Shown here: piece by piece, positions 34,439-46,610 of the stretch | Numbering within the stretch: the first letter of the stretch is position 1 | Layout of the letters: each line of letters begins with the position of its first letter | Origin: Marsupella aquatica | Lineage: Eukaryota > Plantae > Marchantiophyta | Direction: 5' to 3' | DNA length: 64,000 nt | Assembly: GCA_973895155.1 (NCBI GenBank) | Contig: OZ316891.1 | Coordinates: 24,365,899-24,429,898, forward strand | The notes under the pieces: model-generated | The model's database searches: none | Seen by the model: the letters and a program-made list of their open reading frames with translations, nothing else | What the model was told of the DNA's origin: nothing | Translations under genes and position numbers: made by a program

Positions 34439-37149
34439 TGGGTAGTGGGGCGTGCTGGGCACATATCACCTCCACCTCCAGGTAAAACCCAACAGAGCAG
34501 TGGGTATGGAACAACAACTGTTGGTGTAGGTGGTCACACTGTTGTGTATGGAGCTGCACCACATGGTGGGCACATCCCACCCTCCTTTGCAAGTAGAGCA
34601 ACAACACATACCCATAGCACAAGTCAGGTTAGAGCAACCCCACGCAGCAAGGGGTACACTATGGTGTATGGAGCACCACCAACACATAGTGCACCCTCTC
34701 AGGGGAGAGCAACCCCACAAGTGGATGGGTATGGACCACCACCACCTGTTGGGCACACTATTGTGTATGTTACGGGTCCACCACCAGCACACATTACACG
34801 GGGCCAAGGTAGACCAACACAACATACTGAGCAGTATGGAGCAACAAGAGACAATTGGAGATGTGAGTAGGGATTGCCCTTCAATTTTGGCATTTATGTA
34901 AATTACTTTGGAAATAAAGGGTATGCTAGTGTGATGTTAAAGACCTAATGAAAGTGCTTAATTATGTGACTACAGATTCTGCCCATCCTGATTGGGGAGT
35001 AACTGACAAGGAGGTTTACTATGAACCTGAAGTAGAGGCAGGACAAGGGACAACTGTAGCCTATGGTTCTGAGCAATGGCCAGAGCCTGATTGGTTGGCT
35101 GGTGGGGAAGATGTACAGGTAGTTGAGCCTGCCTCTTATCCACAGAGTGTCGCCAAAGCATCTGGTAAGTTACACTTATGAAACAATAAACAATTGCAAT
35201 TGGTATCCACTATTTGACATATACAAAGGTATTGATGTTACTATTGTATGATATCACATGGATGTGGGATGATGCAGGGGGCATTATAAGTCCACTAAAG
35301 GGTAGTACAAAAGTTCCAGCGAATCCTAAACCTGTCACACCAAGCAGTACCACAGAAAGCAATGTAGGACCTGATAGAACCAAGAAAGGAGTAGTGGAGA
35401 TTGGGAGCAACCGTTGGGTGAACAGTGCATCTGCAGGGAAGAATCGTTGGTTGGCTGACTTGAAAGGTGAAATATTGCGATGGCTGGATTTGAGTGTGGT
35501 GAATTTTGTGCAGCAGCATCCAGCGGATTGGCAACAAGTTGTTGACAATGTAGCCGCAAAATGGAAATATGTAGGCCATCCGGATGGAGTAGCCATGGAG
35601 TGTCTTCAGGCTCATGCAAAGACAATTCTGAAGAATGAGAGGTGGAGATTGCACGTGTTGTTTCAAGAAGGTGGAGAGGACCAAAGAATGCCTGCTCCCC
35701 CATTGACAGATCCTCTTCAATGGAGCAAGCTAGTCCATCACTTCTTGAGTGAATCCGGCAAGAGTAAGAGTTCCCAGATGGCATATGCACGTGGCAACGT
35801 TCAGAACCTTAACTTGGCAGGAAGGAAAGGGAATGCTCCAATAGTAGAGCAGCTGGTAAGAATAATCGTTGGATTGGCAGACCTAGCTTCTACAGTGTAT
35901 TTGAGTTTTTTTGTGTCCGAGCAAATAATGTGTGAAAATATGTTGTATGCAGAAGGCACAAAATGGACAGTCCCCTACAAAAGAAGAGGTGAGAGCTGAA
36001 GCAAGAAAACATAAGCAGAAATCTGGCCAGAGTGATCCTTCAAACCAAGTGAGTACTCATACCAGATAATGTTTTTTTCGCTCCACATTCCATAGTTTGC
36101 ATGAACAATGGGACCATATATTATTTTTCAGGTGTAATGGATTGACTCTGTTGGACATATGTGTTTGCAGGGAGGTGGATCATGTTCTCTTAGCAATTTA
36201 TCAGATCGTGTGAAATGTATGGAGTCTCATGAGAATGATGTGACCGTGAAATTGAGTGAAATGGCAAGTGAGTTGACTGCTTTAAAGGAAGATGTTCATA
36301 AGCTTATTCGTGTGCAAGAAGACCAATACAAATGTATAATGAATGCAATATGGAATGGAGGTTCTAGAGACCTGCCACATTACTCCAATTTGATGAATCC
36401 AGAGGGTAACATTGAACAGCAAATGGAGGTGGAGTCCACAGAAAGGGATGTGGAGGGTACCATGGCCCCAGCAATGGAAGGTAAGGTTTCTCATATGTTT
36501 CCATGATTGGAGATGAGACAAAAAATGTGTTTTGTTATATGTTTCCATGATTGGAGATAAGGTTGATGGGGTGTTGACTTGCTATTTTGTTATTGCAGAG
36601 GTTACCAATGTACTGAATACCCCCAGTTTGGATCCATATGAAGAGTTCATAGAAGTTGCCAAAGCCTGTGAGAATGGATGCAAAATAGAGGGCCAGGTGG
36701 AGACCCAAATTCCATCACAGGCAGGTGACATACATGGTGTGACCACAGACGGTGGAGTAGAAGTAGAGCTTTCAGCTGCTGGGAGACCTATTCGGAAGGT
36801 AAAGAGTCGGGCCAGGGCAAGTGGTAGAGTGGCAGCGGCAAACAAGCGTAAAGCTGATGCAGAATTGAAGACTCAGGCACATCCTGAGTATGTATTGTTC
36901 TCACCACAGCAAAATGAGTTGTGTGTAGGGTATGGAAAATTGCGCCCAGAGCAAATTACATTCCATTGCAAAGAAGTACCAACAGGGTATTCTGTAGTGT
37001 TGTTGACAAAGCTTGTGAAGCCAAAGACCCCTTTGCCAGTTCCTAATTTGAATGATGACCCGCCACAGACAACTATTGCAGATGCTTTGAACTCTTTGGT
37101 GTTGTGGCCAACAGAATACATAGGGACACCTGAAATGTGTGGTTTGTAG
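34439..37149 (+). pseudogene. 3' part of CACTA second gene (TnpA-like), multi-exon, displaced by inversion
   Basis: G/H/T/P-rich exon 34445-34870, 'LKNERWRLH...QWSKLVHHF...SSQMAYARG' (Ptta/En-Spm-like), coiled-coil exon, C-terminal 'GYSVVLLTKLVKPKTPLPVPN...LVLWP'; followed by CACTA subterminal repeats. Confidence 0.65.
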
Positions 37150-37479
37150 TTTTAGCCTAAACTTACAAACAACTGCATCCATGGTGCCAAATGTTACCGA
37201 GATATTTCATAATGCAGAGTTGAATTGAGATTCACTAGATCATCCACTGATCATGTTGTGACAACTTTGTTTGTATGAAATTATGCACGTGTGTTCAATA
37301 GTTAATATGAGTTCTAAGATTCTAATAGAACTATGTAAGACTTGTGTACTTGTTTGCTTGAGTGCTTGAATGTATGCTTGTATGCTTCAGTTGACTATTA
37401 GTCATGGTTCTAGTGCTATGTGCAGGCTGCAATTGCCTCACCCTTTTGCTCAAAATCTTTGACCAAAAGGGTCAAAGAA

Positions 37480-38031
37480 TGCAATCGTGAACTAGACTAA
37501 TGAGTCATTTTGGGTCATTAAGATATCAAGTGATATATTACATCGTGGTCCCCAATAAGACCAACCAGTCTAGCCCAATCTTAAGATTTTTAAGAATGAT
37601 TAGTCATCTGTAGTCATCATCGGTCACTAATGTGCCCATATACTCTAAACTTTTAAGACCAGGTAGTCATAATCAGTCACCTGTGTTCCGATATTGAACC
37701 ATAGCACCAGTCATATATGCGAAAGGCTACTCTTCCTCACTGACTCTTTGTGACTAATTCATACCTCATTTTGAGTCATACAAATGACTACTTTGCAGTC
37801 ATTTATAAGACTACACCTTCTCCTAATCCCAAAATGCCCAAGTACGGATGTGGTCATTATTAGTCACAAAATGTGTCTTAAACCCTAGTCACATAAATGA
37901 CCACTCGATTTCAGTCACTTTAAATAAGACTATGTCAAAATTACGACTGGCTTGATACCCCCAAACTTTAGTCACAAGGAGTCATGGGCAGTCGTAACAC
38001 TTAGTCATAAACACCCCGGTTTCTACTAGTG
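37480..38031 (+). mobile_element. CACTA terminus with subterminal AGTCA/TGACT repeats
   Basis: Ends ccccggtttctactagtg (TAGTG at 38027-38031); dense short AGTCA(C/T) motifs in both orientations. Confidence 0.8.
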
Positions 38032-39094
38032 TGAAAGTGGAATACGAGTAGGATTTGGCAGAGTGCAGGTTGGTTCTACAATGTTCCATGGCAAGAGGAT
38101 TCCCCCAGGTTATTCAGTAGTGTTAATCACGTTACTAGTGAAACCTAAAGTTGTCCTTCCCATTCCAAACACAAATGATGATCCTCCTCAGAAGACACTT
38201 GGAGATGCTGCAGGTTCTTTGGTATTATGGCCAAGCAAGTTCATAGAGGATCCATAACAATGTCATGTCATTATTTGTTTGTAGTGTGAGTCATGCTCTA
38301 TAGATTTTAGAATTCAAGAAGCAATGCATTATCATGTTTGATAATTGATAGTATCATGCATTTGCTTTCAATTATTTCAAACAATTATCAGTTTACAAGT
38401 TTTTGTTTTCTCTGAATTACATTGATGGCATTGTAATTGATTGATCATCATCTTTTAGCAATATTGTGATTCTGTTGAATTCTTATATCATGCTTATATC
38501 ATGCTTTGTTTCATGTGGATGTCATTCATGCTCTGTTCATTTCTTATATTCAATGTGTTATACTTCTAAAGTGTGAAAATGAGTGTTTCTATGTATTGCA
38601 ATGTGGAGTGCTCATGAATTGACTCTCTCTCCTTATGAACTGTTACACAATTCATTAGTCATGGTTACAACTTCCCTAAATTCCACCTCAACCTTATTAG
38701 TTATGAACATGACTATATAGAGACCTAAATGGTTCTGTTGTGTGACCCGGACCAGGGTCTCCATTGGTCTATTATGTGACACTAAAAGGTCACAAGCTAG
38801 GCGCTATTAAGAGCCAGTAAGTCATGGACATGAATTACCTTGTGACTAATTAAAGTCACATTGCAGTCACGTATCAACAAGGCTAGACTCCATAATGGAG
38901 TCACAGATCAGTCACAAATGGGTATCAAGCAAGTCGCAATGTCCCGTATCAATAGTGACTTCCATTTTTTGGTCTCAACTTTTGCAACTCCAAGGGTCAC
39001 AGCTTGGGTCATGTCACGTTGAGTCACAATGAAGTCACATGAGCCAAAATGAGTCACATATTGTGGTCTCAGATGACCTCAGTTTCTTCTAGTG
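38032..39094 (+). mobile_element. 3' remnant of a second, related CACTA element
   Basis: ORF 38063..38257 is paralogous to the C-terminus of 36532..37149; GTCAC subterminal repeats; ends agtttcttctagtg at 39094. Confidence 0.75.
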
Positions 39095-40503
39095 AGTGTT
39101 TTGTTGGTTAAAGTGTGGGTTGAGTCGGTCTGAGAAAAACCTTCAGCCGGCTTTAGAGATTAAGCCGTAGAGGTACATTCCAAGGCAGAATACAAACATA
39201 CCCAACCAAGTCAAATGAGGAATTAGGCATCTCAGCTATACACAATTCACAAGTCCAGTGAAAGAATCGGTCTAGCAAAATGTGGATCAAAGACTAGATC
39301 GCATTTCCAAGCCGGATAGCAACCAAACCGCCAGAAGCCGACCATAAGTTAGTGGTTTTAGCCGGTTGCGGATGGTTCTTGGGGTTAGAGGTGTTGGGAA
39401 ACGCACCACAATGGGACTTGGACCGGCCATCCCATTGCCTCCTTAGCCGATCAACATCTTGCTTGAGGATTTGAACCTGGTCCATGAGAGACTCATTCTC
39501 TCTCTTTGCCGCGTCCATCTCCTTTGCGGCCTCCTGACACGCCTCTTCCAACTGCTGACCGTCGCTTGTCAGCTTGGCCACCAATTGGTTTTGGTTAGCG
39601 GCCTCACGCTGAAGATGTGCCACCTCCGCCTTCAGTGCATCGACCTCAGTGGCATCCCTTTGAGCCCAAACCTCGGCCTCCTCCATGTCCTTATGCCAGA
39701 TTACAACTTGCCCCTTCAGGCTGTCAATCTGGGTCCAGAGCCGTGCAATTTTGGCGTCTTTCCTGGCTCCGGCCTGCTTGGCCAAGGCTAACCTGGCCTC
39801 GGTGTCGGCGACCTGAGCGAGAGTGGTTGTAAGCTGAGGATGGAGGTGCTGTAACTTGGTATCCCGGTCTGAGGCTTTGTTCAAGAGTTTGGTTACCTCG
39901 GCCCGATACCGCTCAATCTTTGTTGTGGCTTTAGCTTGGGCCCGTCCTGCCTTCACCGCTGCCACCAGCTCCATGCTGAAGAAATAGGCCACCTTGCGGG
40001 CCATGAACTCCCCCATTTCCCAACTAATCTATTGGGAGAAGTCCCCTAGCAGCCCGTTCAAATATGTACCTAGTGCGAAGAGTTCCGGGTTTACTAAGCT
40101 GTGCCCGCTTGGGTTTGGGCAAGGGAAAACCTCTACTTGGGAAGAGGCCAGGGTGTTCACGTCTAGCCCGGAGGCATGATGGCTAGCGGGGCCGAGGCGT
40201 CCAGCCAAAGGGTCTACTGGCGTTGGTGCGGATGGTACCGCGGTTCCCTCCAGACTTATGGCCTCGGGCACAAGGCCGGCTTCCTGTTGCTCAACGGTCG
40301 CTGCATGGGCCTGGTTTTGGGTCTCCAGGGTTGCAATCACCGCCAAGTCTGGCACCAGTGAAGGGCCTTAATGGCCTGTGGTGGGGCCGGGGTGGGCGCT
40401 ACGGGTGTTGGAGCCCGGGATTCAGGCTGCAGCTGTTGTTCCAACGCCGGGAAGACCCACCAGGATGGGATGAGCTTGGGCTTGTTGAGCCACGAGAGGG
40501 TTT

Positions 40504-43500
40504 TGTTGAGCATAGACAACGATCGCAACGGCAAGCCCATGAACCATCCAACGCACAATAGTCGACACAAGAGATACGTGGTTCACCTCCTTGAGGCTAC
40601 GTCCACGGGAACACACAAGAGAGCTTTACTGAACTCTAAGCCCGTCGGCTATACCGAGTCTCCACAGTGTAAGCTCTCCCTATCTCTCAAGTGGCTCCAT
40701 ACAATGAGCCTTGGTTCTTACTCTCCAAGCACACGCCTCTTATGATATAGTGTGCAACTTAGTTAACCTAACCACATTGTTGTACCTAATCACGTAGTTG
40801 TACCTAACCATGTAGTTGTACCAAACCATGTTGTTGTACCAACCCACGTTGTTGTACCAACCATGTCATACCTAACCTAGATGTAAGAGTAAATACCCAA
40901 CAATCTTCCCCTTGACTCTGGTCTAGGGGAGAGTAATACTGCCAATGTATATGATCCCTCAGCGGGAAGTTCTGGACAAAAACCAAACCGATTTCCCTCT
41001 CTAACTAGAGCAAACCAGAACTAAGCCGTAGCCTTATACATAGGAATGAGGAAGAGCATATATCAGTAATTACAATGAATATTAAGAAAACTCTACTTGT
41101 GATACAATTGCAAAACCTGCAATACGTCACGGTGTCTAGAGAAACTCTCCAAAGAAATCGCTTTGGTAAATGCGTCAACCGGGTTGAGTTTACCATCAAT
41201 CTTGACTAGCTCAAACAAATTATCAGACACAGCCTGCCTGATAAAATGGTACCTGACGTCAATGTGCTTCACTTTGCTGTCCATCACCTGGTTCACAGCA
41301 AGGTGGAGCTCACTGACTATCACAATGGAGCTTCACATTCCCCTTTGGCAATCCTATTTCAGTGATAAGTCTATCCAACCAAATCGCTTCCTTTGTTGCT
41401 TCCGCAGCTGCAACATACTCCGCTTCTGTAGTAGACTGAGCAATACACTTCTGCAAAATAGACCTCCAACTTATGCATCCACCGCCAAGTGTGAACACGT
41501 ATCCTGTTGTTGATCTCCTTCGGTCCAAATCTTGTCCATAGTCAGAATCTACATAGCCAATCAATGATCTAGCATTCTTTGCATTCGCATCAAATAAAAG
41601 ACCATGATCCACGGTACCCTTCAAGTACCTAATAATCCACTTCACTGCTTCCCAGTGTACCTTCCCTGGATTCAACATGTATCTGCTCACCTTGCCCATA
41701 GCCATGGCAAGATCAGGTCTAGTGCAAGTCATCAAATACATGAGACTCCCCACTGCCTTGTCATACGGAACCTTTGACATCAACCCCTTCTCTGTGTCAT
41801 CCGTAGGACAAAACGATGATGATAACTTGAAGTGTGGAGCCAACGGGGTACTTACTGGCTTGCTATTCCCCATGTTGAACCTTGCAATTACCTTCCTCGC
41901 ATAACTGCTCTGCGTCAACCATAGCTTGCCAGTCTCCAAGTCCCTAGTGATCTCCATACCCAAAATCCTTTTAGCTGGCCCTAAGTCCTTCATCTCACTC
42001 TGCACTAAGCAGTGCCTTGAGCTTAACAATCTTAGACCTATCCTTGGCTGCAATTAGCATGTCATCCACATAAAGTACTAAAACAATGAACCCAAAGACA
42101 ACATTCTTCACCGGTTTCAAATACACACAAGGGTCAAATACACTTCTGTGAAAACCTTGTGACCGAATCCAATCGTCAAACCGCTTGTTCCACTGTCTTG
42201 GTGACTGCTTCAACCCATACAAGGATTTCAGCAATCTACATATCAATTCCTCTTGTCCTCTCTTCACAAAACCTAGCGGTTGTCTCATGAAGATCACCTC
42301 TTCCAATGTACCATAGAGGAAAGCTGTGACAACATCCATCTGATCTAGCAGCAGACCAAACATTACAACAAGTACACACAATAGTCGTATTGTAGAGTAC
42401 TTAGCAACTGGTGAGAAGACCTCATTGTAATCCACACCTTTCTCTTGTGTGAATCCCTTTGCTACCAACCTAGCCTTGTAGACCTTTGATCCACCTCATG
42501 TGGAATTATCCTTCAGCTTGTAAATCCACTTGCTGTCCACCACTTGCTGACCCTTAGGCAGCTTAACAAGCTCCCAAGTTTTGTTGTCCTTTAGTGACTG
42601 CATCTCCGTTTGCATTGCTGTAGTCCACTTCTGCTTCTCCTTTGAAGCACTGGCCTCATGAAATGAAGAAGGTTCCCCTTCTTCCAAAATTAACGCATCA
42701 CCCTCATCATCAGCTGCAAAATCATCCTCTTGCAGTTGAGATGAATCAACCCACTGTCCATACCTAGGAGGAGCGCGTACAGTACGACCAGATGTTCTTC
42801 TAGCCGATGACTCCGGTTGAATTGCGTCTACTGGTACAATTTGAAGCTCAACAGCATCCACTTGCTGCTCACCAGCATCAACAAACTCCTCTGGTTCCTC
42901 TGGCACAGGAACCAGCTCCATAATTGGAGCAACTTCTTCTCTCCGGTCATGCACTTCATAACCAATCTCCCCCTCAACGAGATCCGGGATAGGAGATTTT
43001 CCTTTGTCAGTACGGGAGACCTGAGTATTCTCCCCCTCCTTCAATAATCTGGATTCATTGAAGGAAACATCCCTACTGACAACGAGCTTACAGGCAATAG
43101 GATCCCATAGCCTAAAAGCTTTCACACCACTCTGGTACCCAAGAAAAACACATTTCTTGGAGGTAGGATCCAACTTGGTCCTATTCTGCTTCGGTGTGAG
43201 AGCATATGCATCACTTCCAAAAACTACCAAGCCATGATAGTCTGCTTGCCGCTTATAGCGCATCTCAAACGGCGTTTTGAAATTGATAGCACTAGAAGGA
43301 GAAAGATTTACCAAATAAGTTGCGATATTGACAGCTTCTGCCCAAAATTCTTGTGGTAAACCTGATTGGCTCAACATACTCCGTGACCGCTCCAATAGTG
43401 TCCGATTGAGCCTCTCAGCGACACCATTCTGCTGCGGAGTATAAACTGTGGTGAGATGGTGAGTTATCCCCTGTTCTAAACAGTACTCTTCAAATTCCAT

Positions 43501-46500
43501 TGAAGTGTACTCCCCGCCATTGTCTGACCTCAGACTCTTCACCCTTGTATCCAAACACTTGATCGTGTTTCCAGTCTGATTCTCCACCTGGGCCTTCCAC
43601 TTCTTAAAAATGGACAAGACATCAGACTTATGCGTCATGAAATAAATCCACACAAATCTTGAGTAATCATCAATAAATGATACATAGTACAACTTTCCAG
43701 AGTGTGAGGGAGTTGGGGATGGACCCCACACGTCACTATGTATGTACTCAAGAACCGCTTTGGAACGATGAGTTCCAACACCAAAAGCACGACGATGCTG
43801 CTTTCCAAGAATGCAATGCTCATAGAACTCTAATTTACAATATTGCAAATCAGAAATGAGTCCATTCTTCCGTAAGATAGCCAAACCCTTCTCACTCATG
43901 TGGCCTAGCCGTGAATGCCACAGTTGAGTCATCTCCTCGTGAGACTTGGTTACATTGGCCTCTCCACATACAGTATTGCCCTGTAACACATACAAATTCT
44001 TTTGTCTGCTCCCCTTCAAAATCACTGTCTCTCCCGACCTGACTTGAAGTTCACCATCAATAACGCTCCATTGATGACCATTTGAATCCAACACACCGAG
44101 TGAAATTAGATTCTTACGCATGCCAGGTACATACCTGAATCCGGACACTGTGCGCACAGCGCCATCAAACATTTGAATCTTCACAGACCCAATTCCCTCA
44201 ATTTGACAGGAGTGATCATTTCCCATCAGAACTGAACCGTTTGAAACAGAGTAAGAACTGAAAAACTCACGAATGTAACAAATATGAAAAGAGCAAGCAC
44301 AATCAAGAATCCACACATCATCTGCTCTCCTAGATGACGTGCATAGGGCATACCCCCGGCTTCATAAAACATACTCATCATTGAGTAAATCAGCTTCTCC
44401 ATCAGCCCTAGCCACATTTGCCGATGAAGTTTCTACTGCCTTTCCCTTACAGTCTCGCTTGAAGTGTCCAACTTGGTTGCACTTCCAACATGTCACCTGC
44501 CTCCTCTGAGGGGATTTACCCCTGGACTTAGATCTGGATTTAGATCTAAACTGGGTTCTACGGTCCCCAGTTGGTCGCTGCATACTCCTCCCACGGTTAA
44601 CATTGAGGGCAGCACCAGATGATGAAGGCTGTGACGTGATGTGCATCTTCTGCTGAAGATCATCACTAAGCAGAGAACTTACCACGTCATTGTATGAAAT
44701 GGTATCCCTATCACGATGCAACAACACTCGTGATAGGGACTGGTAAGATGGAGGCAATGAACTAAGAAGCTGCAGAGCCTTCGTCTCATCATTCAAAGTC
44801 TCCCCAAGGTTTTGCAAGTCAACGACCATGTCGTTGAAAGCATCCACATGGTCTTGCAACTTCATACCGGAGTCCTTCATCCTGAAACTCATCAGTTTGT
44901 AGGAAGTGTAGAGCCGGTTCAACAACTCCTTGCGGTGATACTTGCTCTGCAATTCCGCAAACAAGGACATGCAATCCTTATGTGCACCCAACTGCTTGAT
45001 GATGGGAGGCATGAGATAGAGTGTAACACACCACACTCCCTGCTCCTGCATGCGGTCCCATTGTTTCTCATCAACATCGTCTTCACGAGGGCTCAGTAGT
45101 TGGCCCATCCCTGACGCATAGAGCACTCCCTTCACCTGCTTCTCCCATAGCAAGTAGTCAGAGCGCCCATCATACTTTGTCACTTCATACTTGGGTCCCC
45201 CAAGCTTGAAAGTCCCCATCTTCTTCTTTGGCACTACCGTGAGCTCCGGTAGTAGTATTGCTTCCTCCACCACACGCCGCACCGGTGATGGTATCGGTGT
45301 CATGTGCTCTTCCTCCTGCTCCTCTCTCTGCCCCTCAAACCGCCGCGGTGATCCTCGTGCTTCAAGTTCCACGTCTTCAAAAAACTCCTCCGAATCACTT
45401 GGGAAACTCCCCTGTTTTGATCACCTCAGGGAATAACCGAAATACCAAGTACAACCCGTCGTCAGAATTGCAATGTGATTGGTGCGCCGCGTTGCCAACT
45501 TCAATGGCTTGTTAACAACGAATGTTGATCAATTGCACTTGGTGCCGTCACCAAGTCCAACAGCGTAATTGATTTTGCTTAGCCTTCCTCTTTGCATCAA
45601 AGAGCCAATCCCGGACTCAAAACAATCGTCTTGCCTCAATCTCTCCGTTGAGTCAAAACACTTGACGCTTCTCCCTTCGAGTTGATTGCCACGACAAGAA
45701 ACCCCGATCAGGCAAAAGATGACTCCCTAGCCGGTCAGAAAATCAGAATGTTTCTTTTGCTCGTCCCGTCGCACACGGTACTCACTTGGTAACAAATCAG
45801 CTACCAAAACAAACAGCTCATCCCGATCTACAAGCAGAGCTATAGCATGCGATGCCTCCTTTGCCGTAGAGCTCACACCATCGAGAAAACAAACTCTGGT
45901 CCCTCCTCCGAAAAACCGTCGAACATGAATGTTGCCAATTTTCTTCACAAAATCCAGAACAACAAAAACTTATATCTCTCTGCACCACAAGCTCCGTTCA
46001 GCGATTTCTTCACACCGTTAGAAAGCTCTTGCCCCGATCTATCCGTTGAGCCCATAAACTCCAAGTTCCATGCGACAGAACTCCGGGAAATCCACCGACA
46101 CTCAACACTGGAAAAACCGTCATGAAATCCTATCACAAACACACGTCACCTCCCAAGCATGCTCTGATACCAATTGTTGAGCATAGACAACGATCGCAAC
46201 GGCAAGCCCATGAACCATCCAACGCACAATAGTCGACACAAGAGATACGTGGTTCACCTCCTTGAGGCTACATCCACGGGAACACACAAGAGAGCTTTAC
46301 TGAACTCTAAGCCCGTCGGCTATACCAAGTCTCCCCAGTGTAAGCTCTCCCCATCTCTCAAGTGGCTCCATAACAATGAGCCTTGGTTCTTACTCTCCAA
46401 GCACACGCCTCTTATGATATAGTGTGCAACTTAGTTAACCTAACCACATTGTTGTACCTAATCACGTAGTTGTACCTAACCACATTGTTGTACCTAATCA

Positions 46501-46610
46501 CGTAGTTGTACCTAACCACGTAGTTGTACCAAACCATGTTGTTGTACCAATCCACGTTGTTGTACCAACCATGTCATACCTAACCTAGACGTAAGAGTAA
46601 ATACCCAACA
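40504..46610 (-). mobile_element. Ty1/Copia LTR retrotransposon (Copia-D), full length
   Basis: LTRs 40504-40902 (399 bp) and 46175-46610 (436 bp); TSD GGTTT at 40499-40503 and 46611-46615; iMet PBS 46161-46172; PPT 40903-40917. Confidence 0.97.
41093..45372 (-). pseudogene. Copia-D gag-pol, disrupted
   Basis: 'CWKCNQVGHFKRDC', 'WILDCACSFH', 'IHSDVWGP', 'RSDNGGEY', 'YVDD', 'KHIDVRYHFIR' over five ORF pieces. Confidence 0.93.

Noticed and set aside
34434-34440. TAGTG at the left inversion breakpoint as a CACTA end
   Set aside because: It is created by the junction of Copia RT with TnpA-like coding sequence; no TIR or subterminal repeats.
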